24,000 nt of DNA from NCBI RefSeq assembly GCF_000385335.1, contig NZ_ARWA01000001.1, forward strand, positions 426,081 through 450,080, given 5' to 3'. Below the pieces are notes generated by a model. It saw only the letters and a program-made list of their open reading frames with translations. It was not told the origin of the DNA and made no database searches. Shown here in pieces: positions 17,801 to 24,000 of the stretch; position 1 is the first letter of the stretch, and every line of letters begins with the position of its first letter. Source of the stretch: Methyloferula stellata AR4 (GTDB taxonomy: Bacteria; Pseudomonadota; Alphaproteobacteria; Rhizobiales; Beijerinckiaceae). The translations under genes were made by a program, and so were the position numbers.

Positions 17801-17942
17801 TTTCGGTTGTGGCTGCCAGCTTGTAAGGCCGGAGCGAAGACGCAAGCGCGGCACCTGCGAAGCCAAAGCCAAGAGCACCAAGACTGGTTGCAGCGAGACC
17901 GGCGCCAGTGAGCTTGATAAAGCCGCGACGACTTAGATGCAT
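14871..17942 (-). CDS. fdnG: Formate dehydrogenase-N alpha subunit, selenoprotein with in-frame UGA (Sec), Tat-exported
   Basis: Two track ORFs (17349..17981 and 14871..17336) are in the same frame and separated only by TGA 17351-17349. Joined protein: MHLSRRGFIKLTGAGLAATSLG (Tat signal)...TRNTCTYCSVACGILIYSLG ([4Fe-4S] site)...VVFDNQARV-U-HGPTVASLAPTFGRGAMTNTWQDIKNAD...VNIEKTTPPVA. The context ARV-U-HGPTVA matches known FdnG Sec sites. Confidence 0.97.
17308..17351 (-). promoter_or_regulatory. Bacterial SECIS element directly following the fdnG UGA
   Basis: RC sequence UGACACGGACCGACGG-U-GGCCA-GUC-UGGCC-CCAACAUUCGGUCG. GG/CC pairs below a bulged U, then a GGCCA/UGGCC helix closes a GU-containing apical loop. 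A lower helix forms from ACCGA/UCGGU or CGAC/GUCG. This matches the bulged-U + GU-loop architecture recognised by SelB. Confidence 0.92.
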
Positions 17943-18305
17943 TCCGCGCACTCCGTTCAAACCCACGCGACAGATGAACAAGGCCGCGCGGGGACGTCCG
18001 ATACGCAGATATAGACAAAAGCAGCGGACGTCTCAAGCCTATGCAAATAAAGTCTTATTGCGTCCAAGCTGCTGATTTTTTCAAAATGACCCGAAGAATT
18101 TCGTGAATGCGATATTGGAGAGATTATCGCTGTCCGCAAAAATGCCTGTCCCTTCATAAGCAATGGAGGCCCGGCATTCGTCCGCCGCTCCCATGAGTGC
18201 CTTGTGAGTTTTGTTCGGCCACCAAGGCTTCGGCCATGCTCGCGCGCCCCGGGCGAGCGGGAACATTTTTGTGATGAGGCATGCCGGCGATCGGAAGGCG
18301 GCTGT

Positions 18306-18342
18306 CGCTAGAGCGGAATAAGGAAAAGCGTATAGCGGTTGA
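18306..18342 (-). repeat. Degenerate third copy (C) of the dispersed repeat, opposite orientation
   Basis: cgctagagcggaataaggaaaagcgtatagcggttga resembles the reverse complement of copy B: CTCTAGAGCGGGATGAGGAAAAGTGTGAGCGGTTTTC. Confidence 0.5.
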
Positions 18343-18696
18343 TGCGCGGCCGTGATGTCGTTGGAACAGCTTCGAAAATGCAGTGGCAGTCTCATAGCCC
18401 GCTCGACGTGCAATCCCCTCGTCACTTGATTCGAGTAGAAATGCAGCCTCCGTCATCCGGCGTGCGATCAAATAACGGTGCATGGACTGGCCGACGGGCT
18501 TCCAGTCAATACGGCAGCTTGGCGCGACATACCGACGTTCTATGTAATCAGAACGAAAGACAAGGTACTCGCACCCGAGGAAGCCGCGCTCGCGACGTGA
18601 CGATACGGTTCCCGGTGCCAGCGCCGGGAGCCCAAGGCTTGCTGGGAAGGCGTAAGGAATGACTCGGCCTTCCCGATGATCGAAGGAAGAAAGATT

Positions 18697-19467
18697 ATGA
18701 TGATGAACAGACGTATTTTTTCGCGCGCCATTGTTGCCGGCGCCGCCGCTTCATTGATTTCGACCCGCGGCATGGCCGCAAACCCGGCTCCGACGAAGGC
18801 GCGTAACATCGTCTTCGTGCATGGGCTATTCGCTGACGGGTCATGTTGGTCCGAGGTGATAGCGAGATTGCAGCCGCAAGGCTTCAACTGCACGTCCGTC
18901 CAAAATCCTCTGACAACGCTGCCAGAAGCAGTGGCCTCGGCCCAACGCGTACTGGCGCAGCAAAATGGCCCGACCGTGCTGGTCGGGCATTCGTTCTCGG
19001 GAATGATCGTCACCGAGGCCGGTGTGCATCCGAGCGTCTCGGCACTTGTTTATATCGCAGCGCGGGCACCGGATGCGGGCGAGGATTACACAGCCTTGGC
19101 CAAGACATATCCGACGCCGCCGGCGTCCGCTGGAATCGTCTTCGACGGCGATGAGGGGCGTCTCGGCGAGGCGGCGTTCCTGCGCGATTTCGCGGGCGAC
19201 TTGCCGGAAGCAAGGGCGAAGGTTCTCTATGCGGTCCAGCAGCCGTTTCATAAGGCTCTGTTAGCCGGCAAGACCGAGCATGCTGCCTGGCGGTCGAAGC
19301 CGAGCTTTTATGCGGTTTCGACGGAAGACCGGACGATCAACCCCGATCTCGAACGTTTCATGGCCAAGCGCATGGGCGCCACGACCATCGAAGTGAAGGC
19401 GAGCCATCTTTCGCTGATTTCCCACCCCGATGAGATCACCCAGCTGATCCTGCAAGCAGCCGGATAG
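18697..19467 (+). CDS. Alpha/beta hydrolase with Tat-like signal peptide
   Basis: Start at ATG 18697 (MMMNRRIFSRAIVAGAAASLISTRGMAA) after aggaagaaag. NIVFVHGLFADGSCW, nucleophile elbow VLVGHSFSGM, STEDRTINPDLERFMAKRMGATTIEVKASHLSLISHPDEI supplying the late Asp/His region. Confidence 0.88.
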   Translation: MMMNRRIFSRAIVAGAAASLISTRGMAANPAPTKARNIVFVHGLFADGSCWSEVIARLQPQGFNCTSVQNPLTTLPEAVASAQRVLAQQNGPTVLVGHSFSGMIVTEAGVHPSVSALVYIAARAPDAGEDYTALAKTYPTPPASAGIVFDGDEGRLGEAAFLRDFAGDLPEARAKVLYAVQQPFHKALLAGKTEHAAWRSKPSFYAVSTEDRTINPDLERFMAKRMGATTIEVKASHLSLISHPDEITQLILQAAG

Positions 19468-19692
19468 TGCGGCCGGCGAAGAGGTCGGCCATTCGGTAAG
19501 TGCCAACTGCCGCAAGTATGCAGGATTTTTGACGCGGCTTGAGTCTTGTATGGGATTATCGGCGCTTGTATTTTTGACCTACGTGCGTTTGCCGTCGCGG
19601 AAGGGGCTCATTCTGGGCTATGATCGGCGATGGCAAACAAGCCATCAGCGCCACCCCGAGTGGACGAACTCACTGATGACAAGGAGCATGTC

Positions 19693-20223
19693 ATGTCAGA
19701 ACCCGACGAAGGCCCTGGGGCCGCCCCGGTTAAGAAGTCAAAAATAAAAGAAGCCGCCCCGGTGGAAGAAAAGATCGATTCCGTTCTCCATGTGGACCGG
19801 ACGGCTGCGCCCGCCCATCCCGAATGGATGAAAACCCCGCTGCACCCTGAACTCGAACTGACCGGTCCGGCCGAATACGACCTCAAAACAAACATGGATC
19901 TCTCGTTCATCGCAGGTCAGGGAGACGGCAAGTTCACGGGCCTGGACGCCTACGAGCACCTGAAGAGCAATAATTTGCTCGACGGGTGCTTGGGAATTGC
20001 GGACGGCCTTGCCATCCAAGAGCGCGGCGTGAAGGCTTTCAGCAAGTTCTTCGAGTCCAAGGACAGCGCGGTGGTAGCCCTATGGACGGCGGTTTTTACC
20101 GACGAAGAGGGCAAGCTCTGCGTTCCGCTTGCCATTCCTGTCCTCAGCAAAGTGGCGATAACGAAGGGCGACCTCAGCGTCCTTTGGACCAAAAACCGCC
20201 CTCTGGTTCGCTTCAAAAGCTGA
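19693..20223 (+). CDS. Hypothetical protein (acidic, Pro/Lys-rich N-terminus)
   Basis: ORF 19630..20223 with a better start at ATG 19693 preceded by aaggag (19681-19686). Protein MSEPDEGPGAAPVKKSKIKEAAPVEEKIDSVLHVDRTAAPAHPEWMKTPLHPELELTGPAEYDLKTN...; no family recognised. Confidence 0.6.
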   Translation: MSEPDEGPGAAPVKKSKIKEAAPVEEKIDSVLHVDRTAAPAHPEWMKTPLHPELELTGPAEYDLKTNMDLSFIAGQGDGKFTGLDAYEHLKSNNLLDGCLGIADGLAIQERGVKAFSKFFESKDSAVVALWTAVFTDEEGKLCVPLAIPVLSKVAITKGDLSVLWTKNRPLVRFKS

Positions 20224-20925
20224 ACTCCGCAGGGCCCAGCCCTTTCCCCGCGCTCGCCTCAAATTGGCGGCGCGGGGATTCATCTAGGCAACTGGTGTGC
20301 CCGGCTCCGATGAAGCGGCACGGCGGGCCGCTGCCAGGTGCGCGGAGGGATCGCACGACGCAAAAGAAATCGATGTACCGACCCGCTCAGGGAGGACTCA
20401 GTCAGCTATTCGAGTCGTTTCCGGGGGCATTCGTCGCGCAGGGTCTTGGGCGCGGAGCGAGGGGTCTTGAGCCCATCAGCCCGCGGCTGGACCAACCCCA
20501 AAATCAAATGTAATTGTTTTGATGGATTTAATGAGCAAGAGGGAACCGAATTATGTACTTATACACTTGAAAAATATTGTATTTTACAAGCATATATTTT
20601 TTTGTACCAACACGTGTACCAACATTAAAAATTTGTAGTCGGGTTCGGGTGTTTTTCTGCCGATCTTTTTGCTCCGATCCCATCCTAAACGCAAAATCTT
20701 CGGCAGCAAACACGTTAAAGATCGCGGCACATTACGGGCGCTATATGATCGCCTATTTGCATCCGTCTGCTGTCATTCAATCCTCGCAGATGAGCGACCT
20801 CTGAGCCTTGTCGTCCCTTGAAGGACGAGCGCGTCCGTTTAGGACGACCGTGGGGTAGAATACAACCACACAAAATCATATGGATCTTCGTCTGCTTGCT
20901 GCTGGACATCAACGGAGGCGCCCGA

Positions 20926-21741
20926 ATGAAAGAGGTCATGACAGAAGACGAATGGAAGGCACATGCACGTCAGGCAGTCGCGCAGATGAAAAACTTTACG
21001 GCCCCGTTTGTCTCGCCTATCTCGTACGAGAAGCCGAACGATGTGCCCCGCTTGTCTGGCACTGGCTCCTTCATCGAGATATTCAGTCGGCGCTTTCTAT
21101 TGACGAACGAACATGTGCTGATCGACGATAAGACCGGCGATCCTTTCCCGGATTTAGCGTACGGTCTACGAGGAACCGACAATGTCTTTCGGATGCTGAA
21201 TGGGCAGGTCTCCGCAGGATACCCGATCGACTGCGCAATCGCTCCGATCACTGCCCAGGTGTGGGAGGCAAGCCATCAAGCGGCGACTATTCCCGAAGCG
21301 CTGATCACTTGGGCGCATGTCCCCGTCCCTCGTGAAATCCTGTTTTTCCGTGGCTATGCGCAGGAGAATTCGAGCTTCCACTTCGAGAACCTGCTTAGCG
21401 GTTCCACCTCCTATGGAACGCAGGAGATGGCGGAGTTACCAGATGGATTGAACAGCCGGTTCTTTTTCACGCTCCATCATTCGCCTGAAAAGGCTGAGAT
21501 GATCGATGGCGATCGTAGTCTGCCGCTGCCACCTGGTTTCAGTGGCTCAACTGTCTGGAACACGCGCTACGTGGAATGCCTATCTGCCGATCAGGCATGG
21601 ACACCGGCAGAGGCCCGTGTAAGCGGCATTGTCTGCCGCTGGCGCACGGGCGATACAGGAATAGTTGTCCTTCGTATTGAGTACATGCGGAGCTGGCTAC
21701 TCAACGCCCTAAACGAAATGAGTCTGAACAATCACTTTTGA
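20926..21741 (+). CDS. Trypsin-like serine peptidase domain protein
   Basis: ATG 20926 preceded by ggagg. Chymotrypsin-fold-like triad blocks: GTGSFIEIFSRRFLLTNEHVL (His), GYPIDCAIAPI (Asp), LPPGFSGSTVWN (Ser). Confidence 0.72.
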   Translation: MKEVMTEDEWKAHARQAVAQMKNFTAPFVSPISYEKPNDVPRLSGTGSFIEIFSRRFLLTNEHVLIDDKTGDPFPDLAYGLRGTDNVFRMLNGQVSAGYPIDCAIAPITAQVWEASHQAATIPEALITWAHVPVPREILFFRGYAQENSSFHFENLLSGSTSYGTQEMAELPDGLNSRFFFTLHHSPEKAEMIDGDRSLPLPPGFSGSTVWNTRYVECLSADQAWTPAEARVSGIVCRWRTGDTGIVVLRIEYMRSWLLNALNEMSLNNHF

Positions 21742-21924
21742 CGATTTGCACTGCTGCGCACTTCGCAAGCTAAAAGGCAGACGTCGTTACCCACGAATGG
21801 CGTCCGTTCCATCGTCGTGAGCGGGCCATGTTCGCCGTCGTGGGATGGCTGAACCCGATTGCAAAAAGGGACAAGACCACCGTCCCCGCTGGCGAGTCGG
21901 CAGTCGCTGTGCGATGATGAGCCT

Positions 21925-23370
21925 ATGGACGACCCCCAGATAACCGAGATCTCGTTCACCCGCTTCAACGCTTTGGGCGGATATGCCCGCGCGCCAGGCT
22001 CGTGGCTGGTGTTCGACGAGTTGGCGTTTTTCGAAGCCGCTGGTGGCGACGTGATCGGTATCGCGACGAGGGATATCGCGGACCGGGACTTTGGGGGCAT
22101 CGTGATGGCACGGGACCGGAAGCTGCGGTTCCGTGCCGTGAACGTGACGGAATTCCACCCGACGCCCGAAGGGGGCAAGGAATCTCTGTTCGTAGGAATG
22201 CGGGAAGCCGCCTGCGCGCGGGCCGAGGATCACTACCAGGGTGACGAGGACGGACAGCCGGTCGACTTCTTCGCCCACCTGCACAACGCAGGGCGGCTCA
22301 ACCCTTCGTTCGTGCGGCTCACCAACGACGAGGGCTATTCGCCGGCGCGCGGAATCATCGAGTCACTGATGCGATGGCACGAAGATGCCGACGGCAACTT
22401 CGTCGAGCAGTTCCAGACGACCGGCTTCGATCAACGCATCTGGGAGCTGTACCTGTTCGCTATGCTAATCGAAGCCGGCTACGTTTTGGACCGCAGTCAC
22501 AACACGCCAGACTTCTGCTGCGACGGGATGCTCGGCTCGCTTTTCGTCGAAGCCGTGACCGTGGGACCGACGCTGAAGAACGGGAAGCTCGTTCCGGCGC
22601 CGCCTACGGAAACGCCGGAAGAGATCGATCTGTTCATGAAGCAATACATGCCGATCAAGTTTGGTAGCCCGCTTTATTCGAAGCTCAAGAAGAAGTATTG
22701 GGAACAAGAGCACGTCGCTGGGGCGCCGTTCGTCCTCGCTGTCGCCGATTTTTCCGCTCCCATGTCGATGGTGCGTTCGGCATCCGCCCTCACACGATAC
22801 CTGTTCGGCTATGAACAAGTTGCGAAAACCGACGCGCACGGCAACCTGACGATGCTGCCCCAACGGATCGACGAGCACAAGTGGGAGGACAAGACGATCC
22901 CCTCTGGCTTCTTCAGGCTACCGGGCGCGGAGAACGTCAGCGCGGTTATATCTACCACTGCGGGCACCATCGCGAAGTTCAATCGGCTGGGCGTCCTCGG
23001 CAAGTTCGGGTCCAAGCGCGTCTTGGTCATTCGCAAAGGGATGATGGTCGACCATAACCCGAATGCGACGCATCCGAAGCTCTTCAAGGTGATCGTGAAC
23101 TCGACCGGCTACGATGAGGACTGGATCGAGGGTCTTAATGTTTATCACAACCCCATTGCCAAAATCCCCCTGCCGATGGAGATGCTGCCGGGAGCCGCGC
23201 ACCATCACTGCGATGAATTTGGCCGGGTTACCAGCCACACACCCGAATTTCACCCGATCGCCTCGATGACCGAGCAGCACGTTCCGGTCGACGTCGATCA
23301 ATTGTTGGCTGAAGTCGGCGACAAAACACATGCGGTCTGGACCCTGAAGGCAGATGACGTGGGCGCCTGA
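21925..23370 (+). CDS. Uncharacterised protein with a PD-(D/E)XK-like motif pattern
   Basis: ORF 21859..23370, likely start ATG 21925 (MDDPQITEISFTRFNALGGYARAPGSWLVFDELAFFEA). Central block FDQRIWELYLFAMLIEAGYVLDRSHNTPDFCCDGMLGSLFVEAVTVGP resembles E...PD...ExV variants of the PD-(D/E)XK nuclease core. Confidence 0.7.
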   Translation: MDDPQITEISFTRFNALGGYARAPGSWLVFDELAFFEAAGGDVIGIATRDIADRDFGGIVMARDRKLRFRAVNVTEFHPTPEGGKESLFVGMREAACARAEDHYQGDEDGQPVDFFAHLHNAGRLNPSFVRLTNDEGYSPARGIIESLMRWHEDADGNFVEQFQTTGFDQRIWELYLFAMLIEAGYVLDRSHNTPDFCCDGMLGSLFVEAVTVGPTLKNGKLVPAPPTETPEEIDLFMKQYMPIKFGSPLYSKLKKKYWEQEHVAGAPFVLAVADFSAPMSMVRSASALTRYLFGYEQVAKTDAHGNLTMLPQRIDEHKWEDKTIPSGFFRLPGAENVSAVISTTAGTIAKFNRLGVLGKFGSKRVLVIRKGMMVDHNPNATHPKLFKVIVNSTGYDEDWIEGLNVYHNPIAKIPLPMEMLPGAAHHHCDEFGRVTSHTPEFHPIASMTEQHVPVDVDQLLAEVGDKTHAVWTLKADDVGA

Positions 23371-23716
23371 CGAAGTCGCAGGAGGCGGCTTTTAGCTAAC
23401 AGCTAGACGATGATCTTCAGTGGCCAAGCTGGCGTGGACCCCTGGATGCGGGGTTCACCTCAGCCTACCTCCTTGCAAACAGCTTTCTGCTTGATCCGAG
23501 TGCTGTCGCATCAGCAATGAATCACGATGCCTAGAGGCCACTGGGCTTTATGGTGACGCAGAGATTTCAACAAACACTCTGCGCTCTCCACCGAAGAAGA
23601 GCCGTCAACCAACACCCCGCAAACGCTTGGCAAGTCGCGTTCGGTCGCCTGAAGTCTCTTCATGTCGCCGCCTATATCCCTGCGCCGTCAATCAGGCGGC
23701 GCAGGAGTAAAGAAGA

Positions 23717-23913
23717 ATGCCTCAAATCCAAGAACCACATCCTCAAGGCGCAATGTCGGTTGACCGCTTTGCCCGCTGGGCCGGCATCGGCCGCACCTTG
23801 GCATGGGAGCAAATCCGCCAGCCGTCAAGGCTGGCCACCGGACCCTTGTCACGGTCGAGGAAGCCTCTCGCTGGCTGGCATCACGCCCTCTTCGGGAGGC
23901 TGCCAATGTCTAA
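23717..23913 (+). pseudogene. Small HTH/excisionase-like DNA-binding protein, apparently frameshifted near 23820
   Basis: Frame 1 from ATG 23717: MPQIQEPHPQGAMSVDRFARWAGIGRTLAWEQIRQ. A shifted frame from 23821 reads AVKAGHRTLVTVEEASRWLASRPLREAANV* (TAA 23911-23913). Together these look like one HTH protein. Confidence 0.55.
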
Positions 23914-24000
23914 GAAGAAAAGCGACATTGACCTCTATCTGAGGGGCGACCCGGCAATCCTGACGAAGGCTGTAGAGGAAATCCTGCGGGCCGGTTATCC
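23906..24000 (+). CDS. Start of an unidentified protein, runs off the right edge
   Basis: MSKKKSDIDLYLRGDPAILTKAVEEILRAGY... Its start overlaps the stop of the preceding HTH frame by 8 nt, a typical operon overlap. Confidence 0.4.
   Translation, partial: MSKKKSDIDLYLRGDPAILTKAVEEILRAGY

Noticed and set aside
16944-17936. 330-aa plus-strand ORF
   Set aside because: Antisense to fdnG (including the SECIS region), with no recognisable domain.
14871-17942. fdnG as a pseudogene or as two separate genes (210 aa + 821 aa ORFs)
   Set aside because: The break is a single UGA in the exact FdnG Sec context, followed by a SECIS hairpin and with the full sel machinery nearby.
18081-18662. Overlapping small ORFs (114, 109 and 107 aa) between fdnG and the hydrolase gene
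   Set aside because: They are mutually overlapping on both strands, have no motifs or clear ribosome-binding sites, and partly overlie a degenerate repeat. Treated as noncoding.
1-24000. CRISPR arrays, complete IS elements, rRNA genes or additional tRNAs
   Set aside because: No regularly spaced repeats, transposase motifs, or further tRNA-like folds (beyond tRNA-Sec) were recognised by eye on either strand. A tool scan would be needed to exclude small or divergent examples.

Overview
The window is GC-rich and looks alphaproteobacterial, judging by codon usage and an intergenic repeat type typical of that group. Its core (about 5.7-17.9 kb) is a nearly self-contained selenocysteine cassette. 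The + strand carries selA, a Sel1-like-repeat (TPR-type) protein, selB, selC (tRNA-Sec), selD and a YraQ/DUF318-type permease. The - strand carries fdnG, fdnH, fdnI and fdhE for a Tat-exported formate dehydrogenase-N. fdnG is split in the ORF track only by an in-frame UGA (17351-17349), which is followed by a well-formed bacterial SECIS-like hairpin. The most unusual observation is that the whole 96-nt tRNA-Sec gene (9822-9917) lies inside the uninterrupted selB ORF. That ORF reads through all 32 tRNA triplets and stops in an ATGA overlap with the selD start. Other notable points are a dispersed repeat apparently captured in-frame in the permease N-terminus and conserved-looking but unexplained operon members (the SLR protein and the permease). 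Left of the cassette is a glycan-degradation neighbourhood (GH3, PF10091/GH144-like, GH15, ABC exporter-like). Right of it is an accessory-looking region with a Tat-signal alpha/beta hydrolase, an AT-rich junction, a trypsin-like peptidase next to a protein with a PD-(D/E)XK-like motif pattern, and a frameshifted HTH gene. No CRISPR array or complete IS element was recognised. All family assignments come from motif reading, not from database searches.
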